A stretch of 64,000 bases of DNA, taken from assembly GCF_006345805.1 (NCBI RefSeq), contig NC_042997.1, forward strand, positions 156,302,001 to 156,366,000, written 5' to 3'. Source of the DNA: Octopus sinensis (lineage: Eukaryota). A program made the translations under genes and the position numbers. The notes below the pieces were generated by a model. It had not been told where the DNA came from and ran no database searches. It worked only from the letters and a program-made list of their open reading frames with translations. Below are positions 50,103-63,800 of this stretch, piece after piece; within the stretch, counting starts at the first letter, position 1, and every line of letters starts with the position of its first letter.

Positions 50103-50636
50103 TTTTAATCCATTCTTGTTGCTTTTTTCCTATATATATATATATATATATACCGGAGTAAACACACAATTTCCATGTATTAATTATATTTCCTTTATTA
50201 ATGACAATATGTATTTTAACCAAAGATTCGATGTAAGGTTTTTTCCTCAAATTTTATAATTTTTTTAATATATATATATATATATTTTGAGCTCATTTTT
50301 GTTTATCGCTCGAAAATTGACCGTTATTTGTAAAGGACCAATCAAACAAGTCCATTTTTAAAGGCGTAGTGTTTATACTAGTCTGGATAGAATTGACATA
50401 TCGGTTCTATTCTAGCAAAAACTGTCCGATGAATGGCAATGGGAAACTCAGAGTAACAGGTTTTGTAGAATTTTCTGCTGCTTTAAATAAAGGAGATTTT
50501 AATAGAGTTTAAAACAAGGAGATTTTAATAGAGTTTAAAATTTTGAAGTAGAAATTGAACAAACATGTTTAAGTGTTCAAATGTTCACATAAAATGCAAT
50601 GAGTTTCACAATATATATATATATATATATACATAC

Positions 50637-50677
<41 letters not shown>

Positions 50678-50683
<6 letters not shown>

Positions 50684-51000
50684 GCTCAGTGGTTAGAGCA
50701 TTGGGCTTGAAGTTGTGAAGTTGATTCCTGAACCAGGTTATGTGTTATGTTCTTGAGCAAGTCACATTATTTCATGTTGCCCTAATTCACTCAGCTGTAG
50801 AAATGAGTTGTGATGTCACTGGTGCCATGCTGTATCAACCTTTGCTTTTTCCTTGGACAACATCAGTGGTGTGGATAGGGGAGACTGGTATGCTTGGGCA
50901 ATTGTTGGTCTTCCACAAACAAGCTTGGTCAAACTTGTGCTTTGAAGCAGAACTTTCTAGGTGCAATCTCATGGTCATTTTGACTGAAGGAGGTTTTTAC
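50678..51000 (+). mobile_element. tRNA-derived SINE family E
   Basis: Homology to 58143-58480. Confidence 0.8.
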
Positions 51001-52496
51001 CCTCCCTTTCTCTCTCTCTCTCTCTCTCTCTCTTGATTATATATATATAGTATTAATTTAGTATTAAATCAAATTTCACAGTATGAATATATAAAATATA
51101 AATTAGAGATAAAACCACTACCATGCATCTCAAACACTGATAGACATAAACCAATACATAAATCCTAGAGGGTATTGGAATATCCTTCAAAGATGAATCC
51201 CAAAATAGTGGTTCTATCTTACCTGTAAATTCCGTTTATGTCTATCACTGTTTGAGCTGCATGATAGTGGTTTTATCTCTAATCTATATTTTATACACAC
51301 ACACACACACAAATATACTCATACATGCATATCATCTCTCTCTCTCCCTCTCTCCCCTACTCTTTATCACACACACATTAATTTAAAACTGACACAATGA
51401 TAATTCATCTTTAGTTGTATTTTCATTACTCTATTTTACAACATACAATCATGTCAAAAACTGGTCTCCACCAGTTCTTGAAATGACATCATTTTTCAAT
51501 AACACATATGATGACAACACCTTCTCCAGTTACATGCAAAGATATTGGAATGGTTTTCTAGTTATCCTTGAGACTGTCTACATTGATTGATATATGTAAG
51601 TACTCTATCAAACAATTGTTATTCAATGATTTATACTCTTCAACTTTCAGAATTAATCATTCATACCTGTCACCATTCTATATATATATTTTGCTAAAAA
51701 AATAATTTACTGGTTTCAGTTTTTGGATTGCAGCCATGCTGAGACTCTTCTAGGGTTTTTGTCACTTATATTGGCCTTTGTATTCTGTCTGGTACTTATT
51801 TTAGCAGCCTTGTAAGATGGAATGGCAAAAATCAATCTGGAAGCAAGATACATACAAACACATATAGATATGTGCACACACATTCTACAGTTTTCTTGAA
51901 ACAATTTGACTGACTAAGGTAGAGAGCTGGCAGAAACGTTAGCACACCAGTTGAAATGCTTAGAGGTATTTTGTCTGTCTTCGTGTTTTGAGTTCAAATT
52001 CCACCGAGGTCAACTTTGCCTTTCATCCTTTCGGGGTTGACAAATTAAGTACCAGTTCTGTACTGGGGTTGATCTAATCAACTGGCTCCTTCCCCAAAAA
52101 TTTCGGGCCTTGTGCCTAGAGTAGAAAAGAACATTTTGACTGACTCAACATTATGGTACCACATAGTAAGATCAAACTCACAAATATGTGATTACAAAGT
52201 GAACTTGTTTACCACATGGCCATACAAACAGAACAAAATTCCCATGCTTCTTTGTAGTATCACTGTCTAATTTTGCTTCAGATACTTAACTGACATACTT
52301 TTCTAAAGATATAATAATTCATCTACTCATACATATATTTATATCTGTGTTTCTGAACCAGGGTTCATATGGCCCTTGGGGATCCATATAAGATTTTGTT
52401 GTTAAAATTAATGTGTAACAGATCAGTTATACTTCTAAAATACACAAAATATTTTTTCTTTTATACTATTCTGAATAATATTTGATTATAAAAATA

Positions 52497-52885
52497 CTAG
52501 GAGTGGCTGTGTGGTACATAGCTTGCTTACCAACCACATGGTTTGGGGTTCAGTCCTACTGTGTGGCACCTTGGGCAAGTGTCTTCTACTATAGCTTCGG
52601 GCCAACCAAAGCCTGTGAGTGGATTTGGTAGATGGAAACTGAAAGAAGCCCATCGTATATATGTATATATATGTGTGTGTGTTTGTGTGTCTGTGTTTGT
52701 TCCCCCCAACATCGCTTGACAACCAATGCTGGTGTGTTTATGTCACCGTAACTTAGCAGTTCAGCAAAAAAGACCGATAGAATAAGTACGAGGCTTACAA
52801 AGAATGAGTCCTGGGGTCAATTTGCTTGACTAAAGGCAGTGCTTCAGCATGGCCACAGTCAAATGACTGAAACATGTAAAAGAGT
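52497..52885 (+). mobile_element. SINE family A
   Basis: Homology to 146-527. Confidence 0.9.
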
Positions 52886-55169
52886 AAGTCTTTCTTTTTA
52901 TATATATACAGTGAATGGCTATGGAGGTTTAGTAGAGTAAAATAGGAATCAATGGGAACCATAGGCAAAAATGGTTGAGAACTACTGATTTATATAAAGC
53001 TGTGGAGTGGCAGAGACAATTGTATGCCAGAATAAATGCCCTTAAGTATTCATTTCCATCTTTCTACAACCTGGGTTAAATTCCTGCTAACACCAATTTT
53101 GCCTTTCAGCTTTATCAAGGCAATAAGGTAAATGATTTGATTAACTTTATTTCATCCAGCTTCCAAATTTGTGTTTTTTGGGGGACTGATTTCATTACAT
53201 ATACCACGACATTATAAATATGTGTTTTTGTGAGAAAGATCCCATTAAGTATGTCCTTTCCATTGAAATTTATGTACTTATGCTATTCAATATCTATACC
53301 AACCACCATCATATGACAGAACCTCACTCTCTCTTCATTCACTCTCTCCTATATTACTCTCTTATTTCTATCACTGATTCTCTTTTATTACTCTCTATTC
53401 CATCACCGTCTTACTCTGGTTCTCTCCTACCACTGTCTTTTCTATTGCTTTTTTTTGACAATATTTCTTCTATTCAATTTCCTTCATTTCCTCCCTCTTT
53501 CTCCTATTAATTTATCGACTATTACCTTGTTCCTATCAACCTGTTTCTGTTCTGACCCCCCCCTCTCTCTCTCTCATTGCTCTTTTACTCTGTTTCTCTA
53601 CTCAACGAGTAGTGTGAGATATAGAAAAATGAAATGAGACAATGAGGAAGAAGGGACTCTCTTTAATGTTACCGGGAATGAGACAACCTCTCTCACACTA
53701 GTGAATGACTGAATGGACAGACACAACATGAAGCAGAGAGGTCTCTTTGATATTTCTGGGGACAATAAAGCCTGTCTAATGTTGGTGCAACTCTATAAAA
53801 TGATTAGTTTATAGGAAAGGTATGCAACCATAGGAAACCATACCAAAAATGTAACCTGTAAGCATGATGTGGTTCTCAAGCCATCCAAGAGGACAGTAAC
53901 TCTAAATAAAAATTCACTTTGACTATAAAGATTAGTTCAGCCTGTGCTACCTTAGAAAAGAGAATGTAAAATGATTATGATGATAATGAGAAGGATAATG
54001 TAAGACATCATTGGCTATAAACATTGTATCTAATCACTGACCATACACAGAACATACTGATGTTTTGTAGCAGTGACAGCAACACCACCAACATCAATCC
54101 CACCACTACCAACCCCACCACTGCCAACCCCACTGCTAAATGAAACTAAAAAAGTTATTAGCAGCTTGACCAAAGAGGATAGTGCCCAAGTTCAATACTT
54201 TGTGTCATATCAACCCACAGCCTCTTTCCCCATAGCCCTCAGACAACTTGTTCTTCATGGCTAAAAGAAGATGGCAGGGTGATATTCATGATAAATTTCG
54301 CCAATAGCTGGATTTGTGGATTCATCTTACTTATGAAAACAGTTCTTAAGGGGCTACACACAGAGGGGACAATCAAGGACAGACAAAGGGATTAAGTCGA
54401 TTATATTGACCCCAGTGCATAATTGGTACTTATTTAATCGACCCCGAAAAGATGAAAGGCAAAGTCGACCTCGGCGGAATTTGAACTCAGAACGTAATGG
54501 CAGACAAAATACGGCTATGCATTTCACCTGGCATGCTAACGTTTCTGCCAGTTCGTTGCCTTTTATGAAAACATTTCTTTGACAAAATTCAACAAATCAC
54601 TAATACTCAGATACTGAACTAATGCATGCAGAATGATTTTGTTGCTCTACATACACCTCGGACAGATATATGCAGAGCAACATTCCCGTCAATACTCACA
54701 GTAGCACTGCTAGGTCAAAGATTTCTGAAAATTATCCATATTTGTCAGGTTAGAAATTCTCTTGAACAGACCAACCATAGCTACAATCAAATAAATAACA
54801 ACAGCAATACCCATAATAACTGGCTTTATCCCTAATACTAAAGTGGACAGTAGCGTACTCGAAACAGTAAATCAATAAACTTTAATTAATTAACATTGCA
54901 CCCTCAGTGATGAGAATACTCATTACCTAAATAACTAGTTGCAGCAATGTGAAGGCATGTAGCCAAGTTGTCAGAGTGTTTCACTTGCAATCGTCAGATT
55001 GAGAGTTCAAATCATGGACTGGGTATCGTGCTTTGCTCTTGAGCAAGGTACTTCTTTTCACATTGTTCCAGTCTGCTTGGTTGTCAATGAGTATCAGCTA
55101 GGTATTGGTGCATCCCTCTTTCCCCCTTCAGCTGTCACATCCCAGATCTTCTGCTGGACCAAGGCTGAG

Positions 55170-55560
55170 AGAATTGAGAAGGTGTCTATGAATTCCAATA
55201 TTTTAAATCCAGGTTTGTCCCCATTAACGGGGATGGCCAGATCTACCTCACTCTTACAGCAACCACTCTCACACCATCTTGCCCGGTTTTGGGCATCATT
55301 CCTCCTCAAGCCAACCCTCCCAATCTCCTCTACCTGTCCCTTCCATATTTTCTTTGGTCGACCTCACTTTCATGGTTCATTCACTTTAAACCCAAGCACT
55401 CTCCTCAAAACACAATTCTCATCCCTCCTCAACACATGTCCATACCACTGTACTCCATTCACTCTTGCAAGCTGTTTCACCAATTTCTCCAACCCCAGCA
55501 TCCCCATCAAGTCCTCGGCCTTCCTTTTATCCAATAGTTTTACACCACACATTGCTCTGA
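55170..55560 (-). mobile_element. RTE LINE ORF C-terminal fragment
   Basis: MCGVKLLDKR...QWYGHVLRRDENCVLRRVL...NRARW. Confidence 0.85.
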
Positions 55561-57589
55561 CACTTTGCTCTCTCGGTCCTTCTCAATGTCTGTTAGTAAT
55601 TATTGAAACCATAGTACATGTTTCCAAGCTATACTCACTTGGCTGACTGTAGTTTTTTTTATACTTCAGCCAAAAAAAAAATTAAAATAAAATAAAATTC
55701 AAATGTGAGAGACACGACACAAAAATTTTAATTAAATAGGAAATGCAGTGCAGAGTGAGTCTGAAATATAGTACTACAGTGACAGTTCAATGTTTCATTC
55801 TTATTAGAATTCATTATTGAAGCTTAGGTTAATTGCAACTCTTTTACATGAATTAGCCATTTAAATTATGATCTGTTCTCATCTCACCACTAATGAATTA
55901 ATTAAATTATTTTGGCTTACTAGTTCAAGTATACCACACTCACCTTTTACTATTAAGTTTGCCTGCAGCTGGCATCCATGGATATTGTCTCCTTCTACCT
56001 AGTCATTACTTTATTGCTAACAAAAATAAGGGAAAAAACAATTAAAAACTTTTTTTAAATATTTTTCCTCTGAAATAAAAAAAAAATATAGGTATTTTTA
56101 ATACAGGTACAAAACCACAGATTTTGTTGAGGCATGGCTGTGTGGTAAGAAGTAGGCTTCCCAACCACATGGTTTCAGGTTCAGTCCTACAGTGTGGCAC
56201 TTTGGGCAAGTGTCTTCTACTATGGACCTAGGCCAACCAAAATCTTGTGAGTAGACTTGGTAAATGGAAACTGAGGGAAATCTGTCATATATATATATAT
56301 ATACACACACACACATATAAATACATATATACACAACATATCTAGCCATAGGGAAATATTACCTCACTTGGAAACAGCTGAGGATTAGTGACAGGATGAG
56401 CATCCAGCTACAAGAAATCTGCTGCAACAAATTCTCATGTGGACCTACATGAACATGGAAAAGTAGATATTAAAACAATTATGATGATGATGATGAAATA
56501 GATCATCCAGGTCTTTGTTTCCTGTTTATTTGTTTATTTTACCAATCCCAAAAGGATAAAAAAACAAATATGATTTCAGAAGATCTGAACCCAGAACATA
56601 AAGCACCACCACTAAATACTGCAAGGCAGTTTTAATTCTGTGTTCTAGGCAATTCTGTCATCCAAAATTTAATAAAATCACAAAAACATTTTATACATCA
56701 ATATCTTAATCATCATGTTCCTGCAAGATAAAGAATAATTTAAAAAAGACAAGATTACTGTTACAGATTGAAAGTAAACATGTTATATTAAACATAGAAA
56801 TACACTGTAAATAGTTCATACTGTTATAGGAATATTTAGAGTTTTGAAATTTCTATATATTTAAATAGCTATCTCAGTACATACATTTCTTTTCTTTTTA
56901 AATTTAATTTACAAATAAATATGCAAAGATATGAATATTAAACACTTTTTCTCCATTTTTTTTCAAATCAGATTTCTTTTTCTTCTTTTATTGTTTGTAC
57001 TTTAAATAAAATGTCACTTGTCGAAAATGTCTGTATGAAAAGTGAATATCTTCAATGGAGAAAAGTGATTTTTTGACAGTTATTCAAAAAGATAGCATTT
57101 TCAATGAAAATCTGTGATTCATCAATGCGAAATAACTTGATATATCATGTCTGTTTCACACATTAGTGTCATTATTGCTTTCAGAGAACAGAAATACAGG
57201 AATACTAGAGTGTAGTGGTTTCATTCTATATTTTTGAAATCTCAATTTAAGTACTTGTTACTTTTTTATGTACATTTTAATAACACAGAATAACATGTCT
57301 GACTTTATCTACTTAACAAAGAAAATAAATAAATAAAACAGTAAAAGGAAAGAATAGGATAAAACAGTAAATATTGCAAAAATTACAAATCATGAAGTTG
57401 CGCAGAATTAATTTGACCATTGTTCTTCTTGTTTTTAACATTTGGTATTTCTCTTTTTTTAGTTTGATAATACTTCTACATTGAATAAAATCATTCATTT
57501 TACAAAAAAAAAAAACTTTCCACATGAACTACAAAAAGGTCAGAGGTCAGGAGTGCATCACATAAAGATAGGCATTCAGTACATTGTCT

Positions 57590-58090
57590 ACAGAGTGGTC
57601 TGTAATCCATAACCTCTACATACAGCAACCAGCAGTACACAAACTACACACGGAAGTCTGAAGTACAAGATCTACATACAAGGGTTTGTAGCACATGAGT
57701 CACTCAGAGGTTGATATCAGGATCCATATGCAATCATCTGTAGTATGTGGCCCCCACAAATGGCCTATATTATATGACCCATGAAGTATGGTCTGTAATA
57801 CATAAAGTATGCACAACAGACTGTAATATATGACCCATACAACGACGTCTCTAATGCATATCTACATAAAGTGATTTTATAATGCATAACCTACACAATA
57901 GTCTATTATACATGACCCCCTAGTGGCCTGTCATACATGACCTGTACAGCAGTCATTCATGACCCACACAGTATTCTGTTATACAAAACCCACACAGTAA
58001 ACAGTCATACAAGATCCATACAGTAATCTGTCATACATGACTCACACTGTGGTCTGTTACATGTAACCCTAACTTCACAGTAGTCTGCAG
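57590..58090. repeat. Old ~26-bp minisatellite (consensus near CAGTAGTCTGTCATACATGACCCACA)
   Basis: Successive 26-nt units read directly at ~57970-58050; more decayed on the left. Confidence 0.75.
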
Positions 58091-58142
58091 TATAAGAATG
58101 AAAGAAAGCATGTTTATCATTTAATGGATGTTGCTGTCATAT

Positions 58143-58480
58143 GTGAAGGCACATGGCTCAGTGGTTAGAGCGTTGAGCTTACAATCGTGAGGTTGTGAGT
58201 TCGAATCCCAGACCGGGCTGCATGTTGTGTTCTTGAACAAGACACTTTATTTCATGTTGCTCCAGTTTACTCAGCTGTAGAAATGAGTTGCGACGTTACA
58301 GGTGCCAAGCTGTATTGGCCTTTGCCTTTCCCTTGGATAACATCGGTGGCATGGAGAGGGGAGGTCGGTATGCATGGGTGACTGCTGGTCTTCCATAAAT
58401 GACCTTGCCCGGACTTGGGCCTGGGAGGGTAACTTTCTAGGCATAATCCCATGGTCAGTCATTGACCGAAGGGGGTCTCA
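58143..58480 (+). mobile_element. tRNA-derived SINE family E
   Basis: TGGCTCAGTGGTTAGAGC...GAGTTCGAATCCC head; homolog at 50678-51000; related head at 23770-24065 on the - strand. Confidence 0.85.
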
Positions 58481-59189
58481 GCAGCTGTCATATATGTGCC
58501 ACTGAAGTATATTTTTGTTCCCTTAAGTTCTGGTATTAATTTCTGACTGGAATAGTTTTAGCTAAACTACAGGTATATTTGGAAAAGGCATGAAAGCCCA
58601 AATACAAACCATTTTCCAAGCCAATAAGGAGGTTTCTATACAACTGCTCGATCTGCTAGAAACAGCAGCCAAATCTCCCTAAAATCATAGTCTACTGTCT
58701 TGTAAAGGAAGGACACATTTGAGCTATATAGTCTTAGATCGGGGTTGATCTGTGATTACATTAAAACAAAGTGATCCTACACATTTCGAAAATTAACCAA
58801 ATAAATATTACAGGCAACTTCAAACAACAGGCCTGTAGCAATCTTTTGAAGTACTTTTTCAATTTGCTTTTATAAAATCCAACTACCACCACTACCAACG
58901 TTATAACTGTCATCATCAACATCATCATCGATATAATGTCCAGTTTTCCAGGTTGGGACCACTTAGCTCAGTCTCCAAAGAAACATTTCACTAATTTTTC
59001 ACAATAATATATTATCTTATTTGTAAGGACTAATATCTTCTGTTCTAACCCGAGGCAGTTCAGGTTTTCTTTCTCTTCCTCTGTCATATATAGCTTTAAC
59101 TATCAATATAATGAGCCAATAAAGAAACCTATATAAAGTCTCAAGAACTACAAGAAATAATAGCCAAATCTCTCTTAAATCATATCTTG

Positions 59190-59480
59190 TTTGATCCTTC
59201 TCGAGCCATGCCTGGCTCATAAGGGCTGGTTTCCCAGTTTCCTTGGTGTATAGGTTCCCCACCTGGATGGGACGCCAGTCTGTTGCAGGTGAGCTGCAGG
59301 ATACAGTAGGAAAGAATGAGAGAGAGTTGTGGCAAAAGAGTCAGCAGAAGTTCGCCATTACCTTCTGCCAGAGCCGTGTGGAAATTAGGTGCTTCACTCA
59401 TAAACACACACATCGCCCAGTCTGAGATTTGAACCTGCGATCCCTCGACCACGAGTCCGCTACTCTAACCACACTAGGCC
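59190..59480 (-). mobile_element. tRNA-derived SINE family D
   Basis: Homology to 18483-18727. Confidence 0.85.
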
Positions 59481-59639
59481 ATGTGCCTCTACAAATCATA
59501 TTGTAACCATCTTATAAAAAGGCAGTATATATATTGGATAATATAATACAAGCTATACAAAAAGACAGGATGGTCATAACTGGAATGTCTTAGGTTATGG
59601 ATTAGCTCATTGAGAACTGACCTGGTACTAGGCAACAGC

Positions 59640-59990
59640 AGTATATGGTACTTTTCACCTTGTGTGTATCATCAATTTATGTAACACATTTATAACAATG
59701 CAGCTTCATCTCCTATATTACATTGATGTTTTTATTGTCCCAGCTGCTCTTTCATACCTGGTCTTCTGCCATTCATACAAGTTAATGCAGTACATCTAAC
59801 AGATCAAAGCCAGCACATTTCTCTCCAGTCTCTACAGATCTTTAGCATTTAACACCCATGTCTTACTAACATAGAACATTATTACATTACACATCCTTCA
59901 TAAAGTTTGCCTTTTGCACAGGAGTAGAAACCCTTTCATTTATGTATTTGGTTTGCAAGATTCTTTATGTGAACTCGTGTATTGAAACAT
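59640..59990 (-). mobile_element. RTE LINE fragment, decayed
   Basis: WVLNAKDL*RLERN resembles [14 protein letters not shown] in the 48119 copy. Confidence 0.6.
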
Positions 59991-60006
59991 ATTTTGTTGT
60001 ATCTTC

Positions 60007-60344
60007 GGAGGGTCATTATGTCAATAATAAACAAACACACTGGTTCTGTTTTACTTCTTTATTTTTATTATTCAATTGGTTATCCAATTAATTAATTAAC
60101 CAATTGTTCGATTAAATTTTTGGTCAATTAATCAGCCAGAGTTGTTAAAATCCTTTCATCACCATTCTTGACCTCACCAATGTCAAGCTCTCTCTATTCC
60201 AGGTTTGCTTCAGATTTGTCTGTCTGTCTCCTAGGTTGATTGACTTAATTAATCAAACAATTAGTTAAATGGTTAACCAACTGATAAACAAAGAAGTGAA
60301 ATAGAACTAGTTTGTATGTTTATTATTAGCAATAATGGCCTTCC
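60007..60344. mobile_element. MITE-like inverted repeat
   Basis: GGAGGGTCATTATG.CAATAATAAAC... versus ...GTTTATTATTAGCAATAATGGCCTTCC; ~115-bp arms; no TSD identified. Confidence 0.6.
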
Positions 60345-62150
60345 TGAGCACGGCGTGGATTAAGATGCACAGAGAGCCAAAGCACTTTAAAAATTTTGGT
60401 GCCCCGATATATATATAATTCAAAATATAAATAATAATTAACCATAAAATAAATTTTTTGTTTTTCAAAATGAAACTAACACTAAGATGGAAAATAATGT
60501 TTATTTTTGTATACTTCCACTTTATATTTGAAAATTTTCTCCTGCTTGTTTTAATTACAAAATCTTTGATCAGATCCTCACTATGACACCATAAACACTT
60601 CGAAATCATATTTCTGATCATATAAACTACTTCGAATATTATTTCAGCAAGTTTAAAGCTATTTCTTTTGTACCACAAACCATTTACCATTTCTGTGGTG
60701 CTTCCCTTTTCCCTTGATGCCCTAAGTACATGCTTATTTTGCTTAACCATTAATCCAGTGCTACTCCTGAGATACCACAAAATAGAACCCCTTCCTTGCA
60801 ACTGTTAGGCCTAAGGCAGCTATATTCCAGTAGCTCTACAATAAAAAAGTACTTTCAACTGTAACAATACCATCTCTTTTCTTTTTTCTATAGTGTCAAG
60901 GATTATATGATCTAATGTAGCCTTCCTTTATTAAGGCAGTAAGGTCAGAAATACTGAGTTACCAATTCTAGTAGATTGAGTGATTATATAAAGAACCTGT
61001 TGTTGACTTCACTTAAGTAACACATTACTACCAACAGAATTAGCAACTTCCTAAGCATTTTCCATCTTTCTCTTGTGCTACCTTCTTAGACTTTCATTAT
61101 AGTCACTACTATCAGTGACCACAACAAAACCTTAAAGAACTATTGACCAGTCTTCTTGTCCTACAAATCTTGGTAAATAAGGCTTCAGTGTACTGGTCAA
61201 GTCCAACTTGTCTTTACTTGTTTTGCTGCAGCCAGCAGTATTGTGCTGGAAAGGAGGGAAAAGCCATATTGAGAGTTTCCTGATGGCCACACAACTAAAC
61301 CCAGTTCGGTGGAGTGTACAATGTAGTCAGATACGAATATACTCCCACTCACTGTCTCTCTTTCACATATGTGTGTGTATGTATACACACACATAAGCAT
61401 ACACAAACACACATACACACATACACACAAACACACACACACATTCAAAATCTGAGACTTGTTACTTTCTGTCAGTATTGTGCTAAGTAGGTTTCTACTT
61501 AACTCAACAACTACAACAACCTTTATTGCACTGAAAGTTAAAAGGAACAAAAGAATCTAGTTATCTGAATAATCTAACTCATTATACATTATATTACTTA
61601 CAAGGCATAAATGTGAACTATTTTATAGTCTACTGTTCTGAGTTGCGTAAGTAGAATGTAAGAATATACTTCATAGTCAAAGTCACAATTTCTACTGTTA
61701 ACCTTTTAATATTCACAATTTTCCAAGGCGGTAAGCTGGCAGAAACATTAACATGTCGGGCGAAATGCATAGCCATATTTCATCTGCCGTTACATTCTGA
61801 GCTCAGGTTCTGCTGGGGTTAACTTTGCCTTTCATCCTTGCGGGGTTGATAAATCAAGTACCAGTTACGCACTGGGGTCGATATAATCGACTTAATCCGT
61901 TTGTCTGTCCTTGTTTGTCCCCTCTGTGTTTAGCCCCTTGTGGATAGTAAAGAAAAAAATATTCACAATTCTTGTGTTTTGGGTTGGTGTAAAAATATGG
62001 AGATGATAAAACTAAGAAAAATGAGATTTCTTATGTATTTTTGAGGTGATTCTTCAGATTCTAAATATTTTAGTGTGCCAGAAGGTTAGAGTAAGATAAG
62101 GTTAAGCAATTAATACTATCTTTATTCTACCAGTATTTGACTGGTTTGTA

Positions 62151-62366
62151 CAGGGGGGTGCTAAAAAGTTCCTGACTTTGAGTAAAAAGAAATACAGGGG
62201 GATCAGTTAATTATGATTTTGTTCAACATATTTCCTTCTCAGATTCACATACTTATTGCAGCGGTCCTTCAGTTTTTTAAAGTTCTGTAAAAGAACTTGG
62301 AAGGTTGGGCCTTCAACTAGGCCTTTCATGATACCCTTAAAGCCAGGAACTTTTCAGTACCCCTTG
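62151..62366. mobile_element. Mariner-derived MITE (~215 bp)
   Basis: TIRs CAGGGGGGTGCTAAAAAGTTCCTG / CAGGAACTTTTCAGTACCCCTTG, TA on both sides. Confidence 0.85.
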
Positions 62367-63499
62367 TACTGTAATGGGCTAAATAAAGCTGATCATTTTA
62401 ATCTTTCTTGTTGTTTAATTCTAAGTTGGTGTTGATCAAGTAGACTAGGCCTATGATCAAAGCATTCCAAGTATGACCAATCACATTATTCAAGGTGTCC
62501 TTTTTTTTTTAGGACATTAGGGTGTAATTTGAGGGATATTTAACAGGTATTTTAAGCAGGTCAAGTGATGAGTTGTTTTTGATGCGAAAACAGAACAGAA
62601 CTTGACTACCATGGCTCAGTACTATGATTGCTACTAATGTACATTTTAAAGAAAAATCAACACTAATGTTTTTGCCTTGAAATCTTATTTTGGCTACATA
62701 TAAAATAAAATAAACTCTTACTTTTATAAGATACAGAAAAAATTTATTCTCAAACGCATGATAATGCTAATACAATAAATAGCATGAACAGGATAAACTA
62801 TCCATTATATTACAGAAAAATTTGTTACCGGCCAACCATGAGACTTGAACTCACATCCCTGTGATTACATGTCAAGTACTTTGAAAGATTCTAGATGTGA
62901 AATCATATGTTGAAACTGATATTCTTATAATTGGGGATGGTCATATTTTACCAATTAAAAACATACTCTATAGTTTTGGTCTATACTTCAGCTTTATTAT
63001 TATTACTATTATGTTTCTTTGTCAAAGCTCTTTCATCACACATCCTGTGACCTCTTCTGTAACTTTTCATTCCATGTGTCTCCCACAAGATGAGACACAT
63101 GAAATACAGAGTTACTGAAGAGTCAATGTGTTTGACTCTTCATGTCCCAGACTCACCACTTATTCCAGTCCTTCCTCCTCTAAGTGTCAAACTTCTAGAT
63201 TTCCTTTCATATGCATGTTTCCCGAAAATATGAATTGTTCTATTGTTATCACAGCAGCGATCATGGATGCTGTCCTTTTCTCTCGGTTAAGCCATCATGC
63301 ACCATGTTTCATGCATCATGTTTCAATTATGACATGATAAAGCATGATTGCATATTTCAGTACTGAGTTTGGCCCTCAACTAGGCAAATTCACTGTACAT
63401 CTTAAGCATTTGAGTTTTATGTCCTTTGACTGACTTCCTATGTGCAATAGGTATAGATTCACTTGACCAAGGACTAAATAACAATAACAATCTTATCTT

Positions 63500-63800
63500 T
63501 TGCTTGTTTCAGTCACTGGATTGTGGACATGTTGGGGCACTATTGTATCAAACTTTTTTGCCAAACCACTAAGTTACAGGGATATAAACAAACCAACACT
63601 GATTGTCAAGCACTGAGAAGAACAAAACACATACACATATGGCAGGCTTCCACACAGTTTCCATCTATCAAATTAACTCACAAGATATTGGTCAGCCTAG
63701 GGGTATAGTTGAAGACAGATATCCAAGATGCTGTGCAGTGGGACTGAACCTGAAACAATGTGGTTGCAATGCAAGCTTCTTAACCACATACCCATCCTGC
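63500..63800 (-). mobile_element. SINE family A, diverged
   Basis: Homology to 146-527. Other partial copies at ~1890, 3546, 20315, 24900, 33390, 46100 and 56130. Confidence 0.8.

Noticed and set aside
50490-50540. 26-bp perfect tandem duplication AAGGAGATTTTAATAGAGTTTAAAAC
   Set aside because: Real, but an ordinary slippage duplication with no further structure.
57313-57525. Minus-strand ORF resembling a GPCR loop plus TM helix
   Set aside because: No convincing splice sites or family motif; the hydrophobicity is explained by T-rich sequence.
60307-60801. 164-aa minus-strand ORF
   Set aside because: No recognisable domain; probably decayed TE sequence plus AT-rich read-through.
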